A stretch of 64,000 bases of DNA from Candidatus Fermentithermobacillus carboniphilus. GTDB lineage: Bacteria; Bacillota; Sulfobacillia; Fermentithermobacillales; Fermentithermobacillaceae. Position 1 is the first letter of the stretch; each line of letters starts with the position of its first letter. A program made the position numbers and the translations under genes. Location: contig CP062796.1 of NCBI GenBank assembly GCA_018208355.1, forward strand, positions 845,777-909,776. Direction: 5' to 3'. Under the pieces are notes generated by a model. The model was not told where the DNA came from and ran no database searches. It worked only from the letters and a program-made list of their open reading frames with translations. Positions 39,443 to 49,666 of this stretch are shown here, in pieces.

Positions 39443-40831
39443 CTAATCTCGAGCTTGTCCTGCGGTCTTCACCCACTCCGATATGTCATCGATCACTTCC
39501 TCTGACACATGTCCCGGAACCAGGTACTCATCAGGAGAGCTTTTGCCCGTACCGCTGATAAATAAGTGGTTTAGATCCTTATAAGTCTTGATGCTAACGT
39601 TCTCTCGCGCGTTGGCTTCTCCCAGAAGGCCGTCTTTCCAACCCTGAAGGTCTTTCATAGTGACCTGGTAGTCCCTTTCGCCCTGCAAAATCAGCATGGG
39701 AAGCCCGACTTCTCTAGCAGTCTCCACCGCATCGTACGCCGCAAGATCGTCCCAGTAGGACTTAGGAGCATTCAGGGCCAGTTCCCCTTCTCTGAGTTGG
39801 CCGGATCTGATCTTCTGGACCTCAGCCTTTGTCGCCTCGATCGCTCTGGATTCGGCCTCACTAATGGTCGCGTCCAGCCCTGCGATATACTCCACCTGCT
39901 CCACTATTAAATCAAGGAGATCCCTGCTCGCAGGTGCCAGCATAACGATTCCGGCTATGCGCGTGCGCTGCGATGCTAAACACTCTTCTGCTATCCTTGG
40001 CGCCAGCGTCGCGCCGAGACTGTGCCCAATAACGAACACTCTTTCTGGATCCACTCGAGGCGTTTCTTTCAAGAGCGCCACCGCGGCTACGGCATCATCG
40101 ATAGTCTCCTCTTTGACGGTCATGTTCTTTATGTCCTTCATCTCAGCTGCGTAATGCTTCGTTCGCTTCTCATACCGCAAGGCAGCAATACCCCTTGACG
40201 CAAGTCCCCACGCCAAGTCTTTGAAAGGTTTATTGGGTCCCAGGGTCTCGTCCCTGTCTTGGGGACCCGAGCCATGGACCAAAACCACAGCCGGAAATGG
40301 TCCTTCACCCTTGGGCATGGTCAAAGTACCGGGTAGGGCCCATCGGTCTTGGCCAACCACGACCTCTTGTTCCGTGAAAGAGTCCTCTTCGGCATAGACA
40401 GGAGCGGTATACTGGCTTGAGACCTGCGCCGGCTGAAATGCCACCAGCCATAAACCGGCCACTTTTGCTTCGTCATCGAAAACTACCTTGATATCAACGG
40501 AGCCCTTCTCAAAAGCGGCAGTGACGTAAACTACCCTGTATCCGGATTCCTGGATAAACTTTGTTCTCGTGATTTGCAGCCATCTCCCGCCCTGAACTAG
40601 AAGTCCCGACCACAGTTCACCCAGTTTCGAAGCCGGCATCGCCGCAGCCATTTGCTTGTTGAATATCTTGCTGGCTTCTTCGTATTTGCCGGCAGCCATA
40701 GACAAGACAAGATTCCGGGCAAGAGCGTCCAACTCTTCTGGGGTCCTAGAGACGGTTTGTTGCGGTTTGGGTGCGCACCCTGAGAGAAAAAGCATACAAG
40801 CGACTAAGAAACAACCCAGAGTCGCTTTCAT
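39443..40831 (-). CDS. DUF3887 alpha/beta hydrolase lipoprotein
   Basis: Lipobox LSGC, HGSGPQDRDE, GHSLG, GERDYQV, LNHLF; start ATG 40831. Confidence 0.88.
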   Translation of the reverse strand: MKATLGCFLVACMLFLSGCAPKPQQTVSRTPEELDALARNLVLSMAAGKYEEASKIFNKQMAAAMPASKLGELWSGLLVQGGRWLQITRTKFIQESGYRVVYVTAAFEKGSVDIKVVFDDEAKVAGLWLVAFQPAQVSSQYTAPVYAEEDSFTEQEVVVGQDRWALPGTLTMPKGEGPFPAVVLVHGSGPQDRDETLGPNKPFKDLAWGLASRGIAALRYEKRTKHYAAEMKDIKNMTVKEETIDDAVAAVALLKETPRVDPERVFVIGHSLGATLAPRIAEECLASQRTRIAGIVMLAPASRDLLDLIVEQVEYIAGLDATISEAESRAIEATKAEVQKIRSGQLREGELALNAPKSYWDDLAAYDAVETAREVGLPMLILQGERDYQVTMKDLQGWKDGLLGEANARENVSIKTYKDLNHLFISGTGKSSPDEYLVPGHVSEEVIDDISEWVKTAGQARD

Positions 40832-41160
40832 CTTAAGACCACCAACCCCATCTCGGATTCCGTTCTGAACAGGGGTGAAAGCCTGGTATAAACCCCCATC
40901 CTCTCCGCCCACGCAATATCCCCTGTCACACGCTTCTCTACTTCGTCGAACTGGAGAACCCTTGCCATTCTTCCAGGCGGCAATTCTCTGGCTATCAGCA
41001 GGACATCAATGTCTGACCCATAAGTCGGACTCCCTACAGAACCGAAGACCACGAAACTCGTAAGGTTAGGGCCATAGACCTGGATACATTCGTTCTTGAG
41101 GCGATCGCAAAGCTCCTCAAAGGTTTTCCTTAAGATACCATTCGAACCAGCGTCGCTCAC
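40828..41160 (-). pseudogene. Truncated MNT nucleotidyltransferase
   Basis: Paralogue of 45008-45523 with a 6-bp deletion in the GS motif and loss of the C-terminus and HEPN partner. Confidence 0.8.
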
Positions 41161-41278
41161 TCGGCATCCCCTACTTTACAACAACAGCAAAGCCTCGCTG
41201 CCCTCATGTTATCATACGGAATAGGCAAACTAAAACTTTCCTCGATCGTGTCGTATTTTGGGGTCCGAGTCCCGCCCA

Positions 41279-41686
41279 CTAGTCCCCTCCAAGGGCAAGT
41301 TCCAGACACTTCCGCAGCGCTGCGTCATACTCTAGGTTAGGTCCTTCGCCCAAAGGCAACCCCTTGGTCAGAGCCTCCACATATCGCACCAGGTCTTGCG
41401 GATCAGGCTCAGCCAGAACGTCTGGAGTCGTATGGGTTTCCTCGTTTGCCGTGAAATCAGCATTCAGGGCCATCTGGCTGGGGAAGAAGACAGCCATCTT
41501 ACTGTTCGGCAGGACCATTATCACGGGGGTTGGTCCTCCACCGTCTCCCGCTGTGGGTTCACCGACTACGGTTGCCCAACCAAAACTTTTGCAGAAAGAT
41601 GCAAACCCTTCCGCAGATGAGAACACTAGCTGTCTCGACGATGCATCGCACCGGGTTTTTGGGACACGGGTTTGAGTATACAACAT
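41279..41686 (-). pseudogene. S41 peptidase C-terminal fragment
   Basis: VFSSAEGF...ATVVGEPTAGDG...LPNS...TTPDV; no N-terminus. Confidence 0.65.
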
Positions 41687-41696
41687 CCGCCGTCGG

Positions 41697-41920
41697 TTAG
41701 TCTGCCACCTCCTGGTCGCAGGAAAGTTCTTGCAACGCGATAAACCCGGGTATGAGGGTGATAGCTCCGATAAGGGAAGTTATTAGCATCCCGAAAGAAC
41801 CGCTTTGGGAGCCGATAAGCTTGGAAATTGTTGAAGGACTGAGAAAAGTTAAAAGTAAGCTAATGAGGATGATGATTCCAACAAATTGGGGAAGGATCTC
41901 CCCTCGAAAGACTTCCATAC
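41697..41920 (-). pseudogene. Permease (DUF318/ArsP-like) fragment
   Basis: EILPQFVGII...ISKLIGSQSG..G..I.SLIGAITLIPGFIA, truncated at both ends. Confidence 0.55.
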
Positions 41921-42047
41921 TGACGGATGGACTTTCTGCCTTGCTTTCACAAAAAGTAAGATCCGGTCTTCGCTCTTTCACTTTGCAAGGAATACGGTTG
42001 AACAATCGGAACCTTCAGAATAAAATCTTGGTGAGGGGGCATATCCG

Positions 42048-42845
42048 TTGCTAAAGAAAACCGGCCTTCTTCTCATCATCTTGCTTTTTCTTCTTTCTTA
42101 TGGCCTTCGTTGGAACGCCACATCACGAGGTAAGGATACGGTTGAATTCACCGACTACCGCGTTAGATCCGCGCTGGATTTCGCGGCTCGAGACTCCTCT
42201 GCCAAGTACGTGGTTAAGGAAGGCACACCGGTCAAAGCCTGGGTATCGGGATCGTCGGATGGATATACCGTCAACGCTGCGTTTAGTCTCAATGATTATG
42301 CCTGGCTTGTGATGGTGAAATTTGATCCGGCTGGTAACCCCGTGAGCTGTTCTACCGAAATCTGGTCTGCTTTCACTGTCTCGAGGTATCTTTGCACGTT
42401 GTCTTTTGCAATGGCAGGGCTGTGGTTGGCCGTAACTTTCATATTTCCCCATTTTGCAGTTAAATGCCCTGATTGCACAACCAATCCACTCCTGCCGGTG
42501 GTCACGGAACAGCACGACACAACGATCTTCGCCGGCGGGGTTGATGACGAAGGATTCACATTACCACCTATAGTCGAGAGGGCGTGGATTTGTCCCCGCT
42601 GTGGTTATACGAAGGTGAAGTACGTTGTGCCGGAATACTACCGCCCGGGTTTGGCCCGGTCACCGGCAGACACAGGACTACCACGGCTACACCCAAGGGA
42701 GCTGGACCGACTTGAGCGTGCATTCGATAAGTGGACCAAGGATAGGAAGGAAATGGCGCGCTTCCACTCCTTTGAAGAATGGAAAGCATTCTTCGATGAA
42801 CTGAAGACCCGTGAAGGAGAAAAGAGGCAGTTCCGTTTCCAATAA
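42048..42845 (+). CDS. Hypothetical membrane protein with zinc ribbon
   Basis: N-terminal hydrophobic helix, second TM, then CPDC...CPRC; RBS GAGGGGG. Confidence 0.7.
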   Translation: MLKKTGLLLIILLFLLSYGLRWNATSRGKDTVEFTDYRVRSALDFAARDSSAKYVVKEGTPVKAWVSGSSDGYTVNAAFSLNDYAWLVMVKFDPAGNPVSCSTEIWSAFTVSRYLCTLSFAMAGLWLAVTFIFPHFAVKCPDCTTNPLLPVVTEQHDTTIFAGGVDDEGFTLPPIVERAWICPRCGYTKVKYVVPEYYRPGLARSPADTGLPRLHPRELDRLERAFDKWTKDRKEMARFHSFEEWKAFFDELKTREGEKRQFRFQ

Positions 42846-42982
42846 CCAGCCCGGCAACTATTAGTCTGGAACAGTCATTTCGACGGCGAGAATCTAGAGA
42901 AAATCGGAGCGTCAAATTCGCTTGGGAGCTACGTTTTCGCTGGTCCTTTTTCGTCCGTGCTGACGACAAAGGCTTGCTAATG

Positions 42983-43544
42983 TGGCATCCTGTAGCCGGC
43001 AAGCTCCCTGGTAAAACTGGTCTCTATCCCCGCTTATGATGTAGCCTCTGACCCCCCGCGCCGCCGCTTTATCCATCAGGACCAGGAACCCTCTATGTCC
43101 CGTACAGCCGGCACAACACCGATGAATCCGCGACTCTGAAAGGGATCGCTCTTCAATGCAGCGGTGATGGCGATCCTCCCTCCTTGCGAAGCCCCGGCAA
43201 TAACCACACGGCTTGGGTCAAATCGGTAACTATCCCGCGTCTTCTCATAAGCCCATGTCACCTCGGTCGCTGCCCTGTCCTCGTCGTCCCAGCAGAACTC
43301 GTCTTTAGCGCACATCTGCGAAGACTGAGGAATTGCCACAACTATACCTGTTTCGGTAGCTGGTTGCCAGTACGGCGCGAACTTCTGAGCATCGCTCCCA
43401 CGGGAATGCAGTGCCATGAGCAGCGGAGGTGGGGATGCACCGTCTGCCTTCCGGGGTGGCAGAACCATAATCTGCGGACGAGACCCCTCTTGAGCCGCAG
43501 CACCAAGGTGCTTGCACGCGAGCACGATCTCACGGAACTCGGGA
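42983..43544 (-). pseudogene. Internal fragment of the TPR-hydrolase duplicate
   Basis: Near-identical to 38293-38855; both ends missing and a frameshift near 43086. Confidence 0.85.
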
Positions 43545-43591
43545 ATGGAGAAGCATACCTGTTGGTAGACTCCGTACGAAGGCCTTAGAAC

Positions 43592-44439
43592 CTAATCTCG
43601 AGCTTGTCCTGCGGTCTTCACCCACTCCGATATGTCATCGATCACTTCCTCTGACACATGTCCCGGAACCAGGTACTCATCAGGAGAGCTTTTGCCCGTA
43701 CCGCTGATAAATAAGTGGTTTAGGTTTAGATCCTTATAAGTCTTGATGCTAACGTTCTCCCGCGCGTTGGCTTCTCCCAGAAGGATCACTAATGGTCGCG
43801 TCCAGCCCTGCGATATACTCCACCTGCTCCACTATTAAATCAAGGAGATCCCTGCTCGCAGGTGCCAGCATAACGATTCCGGCTATGCGCGTGCGCTGCG
43901 ATGCTAAACACTCTTCTGCTATCCTTGGCGCCAGCGTCGCGCCGAGACTGTGCCCAATAACGAACACTCTTTCTGGATCCACTCGAGGCGTTTCTTTCAA
44001 GAGCGCCACCGCGGCTACGGCATCATCGATAGTCTCCTCTTTGACGGTCATGTTCTTTATGTCCTTCATCTCAGCTGCGTAATGCTTCGTTCGCTTCTCA
44101 TACCGCAAGGCAGCAATACCCCTTGACGCAAGTCCCCACGCCAAGTCTTTGAAAGGTTTATTGGGTCCCAGGGTCTCGTCCCTGTCTTGGGGACCCGAGC
44201 CATGGACCAAAACCACAGCCGGAAATGGTCCTTCACCCTTGGGCATGGTCAAAGTACCGGGTAGGGCCCATCGGTCTCGGCCAACTACGACCTCTTGTTC
44301 CGTGAAAGAGTCCTCTTCGGCGTAGACAGGAGCGGTATACTGGCTTGAGGCCTGCGCCGGCTGAAACGCTACCAGCCATAAACCGGCCACTTTTGCTTCG
44401 TCATCGAAAACTACCCTGACAACCCAGAGTTGGTTTCAT
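43592..44439 (-). pseudogene. Deleted duplicate of the DUF3887 hydrolase
   Basis: Near-identical to parts of 39443-40831, with deletions near 43785 and 44415 and a 6-bp tandem duplication (DLNLNH). Confidence 0.88.
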
Positions 44440-44585
44440 CTTAAGACCCCCTGGAGGGCAGCATATCATCTTCCTGTTTACGTCCGCAAAGAGAGCGCGG
44501 TTTTGCTCGCAAAGAACCTTCCCGGGAAATGGTCAAATAACCGATATGACAGCTCTATAACTATAACAGCTCTATAACGATGCTT

Positions 44586-45011
44586 TCAGCGGAACTCCTC
44601 TGGCAGTTCTATGCAGGACTGGGCTGCACGTACCACTGTCTCTGCGTCGTTCATCGCTCTCTGGGCATCCTCTGCCGTATACTCAAGTGTAGGAATAAGG
44701 TCGACCTCACCGTAGAACGCGAACTCTCGCTCTTTGCGCAACCAGCGCGAGATATTCTTGAGAGTCTCGGCGTTCTTCCGAACGGGTTCAGGAAACATGT
44801 GGCTATACTCTACGATTAGATCACCCACATCATGAATCTTGGGCGGTTCTACGCCAATCTGCCTGAGCATACCTTTGAGGGCGAGCTCCACGATTTCTTG
44901 GGCTTCGCGAACAACATCTGAGAAGGCGTTCTCATTATACAACACGCTCAGGATTTTGAGTCTGGTCTTGGCCTTGATGAGATAGCTCTGAGCCAAGGTC
45001 AGGTTCTTCAT
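44586..45011 (-). CDS. HEPN domain protein
   Basis: VVREAQEIVELALKG...PKIHDV...REFAFYG. Confidence 0.88.
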   Translation of the reverse strand: MKNLTLAQSYLIKAKTRLKILSVLYNENAFSDVVREAQEIVELALKGMLRQIGVEPPKIHDVGDLIVEYSHMFPEPVRKNAETLKNISRWLRKEREFAFYGEVDLIPTLEYTAEDAQRAMNDAETVVRAAQSCIELPEEFR

Positions 45012-45523
45012 ATCTCGAACACCTCCCCAGGCTTGAGGTCAGGCTTGAGTACCCAATGCCAAGTACTACCACGACGCACCCGGACCGCCCCCATCGCTTG
45101 GAGCTTCTCTCTCAGAGATTCAAGGTATTTCTGGAAAAACCCTCCCCTATCGAGCAAGATCTTGGCATCTTCTACCATATCCAAGAAGATCAGGCCCCCT
45201 GACCCCACCTCGGATTCCGTTCTAAACAGGGGTGAAAGCCTGGTATAAATACCAATTCTCTCAGCCGACGCAATATCGGCTGCCATACGCTTTTCTACTT
45301 CTTCGAACTGGGAAACTCTTGCCATTCTTCCAGGCGGCAATTGTCTGGCTATAATTAGGACATCAATGTCTGACCCATAAGTCGGAGTCCCTCTCCCTAC
45401 AGAACCAAAGACCACGAGACTCGTAAGGTTAGGGCCATAGACCTGAATACACTCGTTCTTGAGGCGGTCGCAGAGCCACTCAAATGTTTTTCTTAAGATA
45501 CCGCCCGAACCACCGTCGCTCAC
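45008..45523 (-). CDS. MNT nucleotidyltransferase
   Basis: VFGSVGRG...SDIDVL; overlaps the HEPN start. Confidence 0.88.
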   Translation of the reverse strand: MSDGGSGGILRKTFEWLCDRLKNECIQVYGPNLTSLVVFGSVGRGTPTYGSDIDVLIIARQLPPGRMARVSQFEEVEKRMAADIASAERIGIYTRLSPLFRTESEVGSGGLIFLDMVEDAKILLDRGGFFQKYLESLREKLQAMGAVRVRRGSTWHWVLKPDLKPGEVFEI

Positions 45524-45626
45524 TCGGCATCCCCCACTTTGCAACAGAGCAAAGCCCCACCGTCCTCATGTTATCATACGGACTGGGCAAACTAAACCGA
45601 ACTTCTATACGCCAGCGTAAATTCCT

Positions 45627-45825
45627 GTTAAATCTGAGCCACTTTCCCCGCTAAAAATCTAGCCATACTCCCAGGGGAATTCCCTCCAATCTGGAAATCG
45701 GTCACAGGTCGGAGGCAACTGGGAGGGTCATATCAGAGGAAGCGTGAACCACAATTCGATATCTGCATGCGCAGGGTCTGGACCAACCTGACATTGCACG
45801 GGAGCTGAAGATATTCCGATCTGGA
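45627..45825 (+). mobile_element. Degenerate IS21-family left end with IstA N-terminal relic
   Basis: TGT followed by repeated AAATCT(G)AGCCA, then ISEEA*TTIRYLHAQGLDQPDIARELKI, resembling the IstA HTH. Confidence 0.55.
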
Positions 45826-46542
45826 ACATCCATGGTCCGAACCACGCTATTCGTAGATGCACGGGGTCCACCCCAGGGCAAGGGTCACCGACGACCGTCC
45901 GGGGAGGTACCGTCCCTGGAAATGATCACATCCATACCTCGTCACGCCCGAGTGCCGGACTATACTACCGGTCGCCTCATGCTCCAGGCGGCTTGGGTAG
46001 TGAGTCCCAGGGTTAAGGAAATTGGGCGCAGCCCAATTCAAGAAATCATTGGATCATCAACTTTTGGGCCTAGCACGCACTTATAATTGTTATAAATCCT
46101 TTCTACGCTTGGAGGTATAGAGCACATACGCGTCGAATGTACCTCATAAATAAGTTCCAAGTAGCCTTGTGCCCGATGTGGGTGGGCTACGGCCATTTGA
46201 GGCCTCTCATGGGGGATGAGGTTGCTTTTTGACTGTGTGCGACGAAGAGAGGCCTGGCGGACGGAGGGGATTCACTCGTCTAGCACTGGTAATGTAAAGC
46301 AAATTGCGCGGTCCCTCGTAACAGAAGATGAACTGCAAGTTAACCCCGGACAAGAAGCCGGACAATTCAGCGCAGGTCAGGGGGGTGCGGGCATCAAATA
46401 TACAAGGATGCACACGGCAGCTTAACCCACTCTTGAGAGCAACAGGGCCCTCTCCGATGCACCACTATAGACCTACCCTGCTCTGATGATGTGAAATCTA
46501 CCGGTTTAAGCATCTGACAAAAAAGAAAGGAGGCAACATAAG

Positions 46543-48387
46543 ATGGGCGGCTATAAGAATCGTATTCTACGCGTAAATCTCACTGACCATACATTCTCCG
46601 AAGAACCTCTCGACAAGGACCTGATTCACGACTATATCGGCGGGCGTGGTTTCGGCATCAAGTTTCTGTACGACGACCTCAAACCCGGCGTCGATCCCCT
46701 AGGGGAAGATAACGAGATAATATTCATAGCCGGCCCCCTGGCGGGAACTAATGCTCAGTCCTTTGCCCGCTGGAAGATCTTTTTCAAGTCCCCTCTGACG
46801 GGCACGTACTTCAAGTCGTCCGGCGGAGGTCACTTCGCAGCAGAACTGAAGTTCGCGGGCTTCGATGCCGTCATTGTCAAAGGGATATCCGAGAAGCCTG
46901 TCTATCTCTGGATCCATGACGGACAGTGTGAGTTTCGAGATGCAAGTTACCTGTGGGGATTAGATTGTGACGACACCCACACCCTAATCCGCGAAGAACT
47001 CGGCGACCCGTTGGTCCGTATCGCTTGCATCGGGCCTGCCGGAGAACGAGGTGTGAAGTATGCCGGCGTTTTCAGCGACCGTCGGGCCGCTGGCCGCGGC
47101 GGCGGTGGCGCGGTCATGGGAGCCAAAAATCTCAAGGCTGTGGCCGTCAGGGGACGTGAGAAGGTTGATATAGCCGACCCAGAGGCTTTCCGTGAAGCCG
47201 TAAAAGCACAGATAGCTGCGTACAAGGCCCATCCCATGTTTGAATCTTTTTCCCAGACAGGAACTCAGATCGCCGAATTCACCAACGTCCTTGGCATGTA
47301 CCCCACACGAAACTTCCGAGAGGGCGTTTTGCCCGATTGGGAGAAGATCGAAGGGGCAGAATACACCAAACTGCGGGTACGTAAGACAGCCTGCTACAGT
47401 TGCATGATCCACTGTGGAAACATAACCAAGGTAGGCACGGGTAAGTACAAAGGCGCCTGGAGTGAAGGACCCGAGTATGAGACCACGTGGGCTTTCAGCG
47501 GGCCCATCGGGGTCCCGAACATCGGCCTCACCGTAGCTGCCGACAAACTGTGTGATGACTTAGGGCTGGACACAATCTCCACCGGCAACGCCATCGGTTT
47601 CGCTTTTGAGCTATACGAGCGAGGGATCCTAACCAAGGAAGATACCGGCGGTCTGGAACTAACTTATGGCCGCGAGGATCTCGTTCTGGAACTCATCAGG
47701 CAAATTGCATACCGCGAAGGCTTGGGAGATTTGTTGGCAGAGGGGACGCGCGAAGCAGCTAGGCGTATCGGGAAAGGTGCCGAACAGTATGCTATCCACG
47801 TAAAGGGATTGGAACTGCCCGCATATGACCCACGTGGAGCTAAAGCGCACGGACTGAACCTGCTTACAGCTAACCTCGGTGCTGACCATAACTGTGGTTA
47901 TGCTCCGCAAGAGCTCTTTGGCGTCCCAATTCCAAGAGAGGTAGACCGTTTTGCTATCGAGGGTAAAGGCGAACTGACAAAGTTCAATCAGGACATCACG
48001 GCATTCATGGAAACGGGCATCCTCTGTGGTTTTCCGGTATCCATGTCCATGATTGACGCAGGGCTCTACGGCAGACTCATCTCGGCAGCCACCGGGATCA
48101 AGGACTTCGCTGACCCCAATTACATGTGGCTCGTGGGTGAGCGCATCTTTAATCTAGAGCGAATGTTCAATGTGCGAGAGGGATTTGGCAAGAAAGACGA
48201 TGCTTTCCCCGCTCGCCTGACCAATGAACCGATTCCTAGCGGCCCGTCTGCCGGGCAAGTGTTTGAAGCCGAACCTTTACTGGCGGACTACTACAAAGTG
48301 CGAGGCTGGGATCCAGAAACCGGCATCCCTACTGCAGCCAAACTCAGGGAGCTGGGGTTAGATTTCACCGCCCAGTATGCAAAGTGA
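46543..48387 (+). CDS. aor: Aldehyde:ferredoxin oxidoreductase (W/Mo-pterin AOR family)
   Basis: RILRVNL, KSPLTG, GRGGGGAVMGAKNLKA, CYSCMIHC, EYET, DDLGLDTIS, YDPRG. Confidence 0.93.
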   Translation: MGGYKNRILRVNLTDHTFSEEPLDKDLIHDYIGGRGFGIKFLYDDLKPGVDPLGEDNEIIFIAGPLAGTNAQSFARWKIFFKSPLTGTYFKSSGGGHFAAELKFAGFDAVIVKGISEKPVYLWIHDGQCEFRDASYLWGLDCDDTHTLIREELGDPLVRIACIGPAGERGVKYAGVFSDRRAAGRGGGGAVMGAKNLKAVAVRGREKVDIADPEAFREAVKAQIAAYKAHPMFESFSQTGTQIAEFTNVLGMYPTRNFREGVLPDWEKIEGAEYTKLRVRKTACYSCMIHCGNITKVGTGKYKGAWSEGPEYETTWAFSGPIGVPNIGLTVAADKLCDDLGLDTISTGNAIGFAFELYERGILTKEDTGGLELTYGREDLVLELIRQIAYREGLGDLLAEGTREAARRIGKGAEQYAIHVKGLELPAYDPRGAKAHGLNLLTANLGADHNCGYAPQELFGVPIPREVDRFAIEGKGELTKFNQDITAFMETGILCGFPVSMSMIDAGLYGRLISAATGIKDFADPNYMWLVGERIFNLERMFNVREGFGKKDDAFPARLTNEPIPSGPSAGQVFEAEPLLADYYKVRGWDPETGIPTAAKLRELGLDFTAQYAK

Positions 48388-48667
48388 AAGTAGCATGATC
48401 ACCGTAACCGTAATGTTTTTTGGCCAGATTCGCCAGATAACTGGCGTCAGTCAGCGGGCGATCTCGCTGGGAACCGGTGCCAAGCTGACCGATCTGGTAG
48501 TGCGTCTCAACGAGGAATATGGGCCTTCTTTCGCTGAAGAGGTGTCTCGCATTCAGGGACTGCGTATCTTGATCAACGGCAGAGAGTACAGCCTGTTGGG
48601 CGGAATGCAGGCACCGCTGTCAGATGGTTGTACTGTGGTTTTCATGCCTCCCATAGCAGGCGGCTGA
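48377..48667 (+). CDS. MoaD/ThiS family sulfur carrier
   Basis: Ubiquitin-like sequence ending PPIAGG, directly after AOR. Confidence 0.88.
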   Translation: MQSESSMITVTVMFFGQIRQITGVSQRAISLGTGAKLTDLVVRLNEEYGPSFAEEVSRIQGLRILINGREYSLLGGMQAPLSDGCTVVFMPPIAGG

Positions 48668-48672
48668 ACCTA

Positions 48673-48715
48673 AAGGCGGGTAGATGGGCGACCCCCCACC
48701 TTCCCGCCTTAATTT
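48673..48715 (+). terminator. Terminator after aor-moaD
   Basis: AAGGCGGG...CCCGCCTT stem followed by AATTTT. Confidence 0.65.
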
Positions 48716-49666
48716 TACGAGAACCTCTTGTTGGCTGGGGTCACTTCAGCAGGTTTGAGGATAAGAACGGAAGCAAGTACTTGTACGAGGTAAGGGTCGC
48801 GTCCTATTTAGGTTAGAATAGCTTGGTCGCACGTGCGCGAGACGCAGCCGCCAAGGTAGAGTCGGAACTTCTCAAGGAAGACCTAGAATCGTTCGCTCGG
48901 GCAATCGGACTGGCGTACGAGAAGCGAGACGTAAACTATTTAATACTCGCCCACAGGATCCTACATGACCTTGACTACTGGGTTTTCAACAGTGAGACGT
49001 TCTTCAACAACACCGAGGAGTTTCCAAGAGGTTCCCGCGATTATTGGAGAGTCACAGCTACTTTGGAGGGTAAGAAGTTTTTGTTACCTCGCCCGACGAG
49101 CCGAAATTTTGAACCGGATAGACGTGCGTCTGGAAAAGTCCGATTTCCCCCTCTGCTTTGAAAAGGTACTTGGGCTTCGCACGGTCAACACCTGCCTCCT
49201 CTCTGCTCAGACTCAGGAGGTACCGGGTCGCTCTTAGTTCCCACGGTCCGGCAAACTCCCCGGCGTTGAAGGCTGATTGCCCGCCTGTCTCCGGGTCTAT
49301 GCGGAATGTGCGCGGCACGTCGACGTCCGCGAGTTCGATGACCAGGTCTCCATCCTGGATCCCCCGTATCCGGTAGGAACCCGTGATGTTGAAACTGACG
49401 GACCCATCGTGATAAGTGACAAAGAGGGTGATTGGGATGGCAAAAAACCGCAGACCGAACCGTGACCCGTCGTCAACAGTCACCCTAACTGAGGTTTCAG
49501 GTCTGCTAAGGAGCACGTTTTCCAGATTGTGACGTTAGGAAGGAAAAGCGACACTTCCAATAGTTCTAACCCTGGGCCAAAGCCCCCGGTCCCATTCCCC
49601 ACTCATGTTGAAGCACGAAGGTAACTCCCTGGTTCTCGTTGAGGACCTAATAGTCTCCATACTCTC

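Larger units (their letters stand above)
38293..41234. repeat. Segmental duplication, copy 1
   Basis: Collinear near-identical blocks shared with 42983-45596. Confidence 0.9.
42983..45596. repeat. Segmental duplication, copy 2
   Basis: Matches 38293-41234, with four internal deletions relative to copy 1. Confidence 0.9.

Noticed and set aside
41259-41280. GGGGTCCGAGTCCCGCCCA resembling a tRNA T-arm/3' end (att site)
   Set aside because: The T-loop lacks TTC, there is no upstream cloverleaf, no second copy and no integrase.
44549-44578. ACAGCTCTATAAC direct repeat
   Set aside because: Only two copies at a 17-bp period; most simply a slippage duplication in a decaying region.
46440-46540. 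Moco/Wco riboswitch before aor
   Set aside because: Only a short CTCCGA...ACCTA resemblance; the remaining conserved stems are not visible.
48823-49516. Overlapping ORFs 48823-49161 (+) and 49058-49516 (-)
   Set aside because: Weak starts, mutual overlap and no family signal; probably gene remnants.
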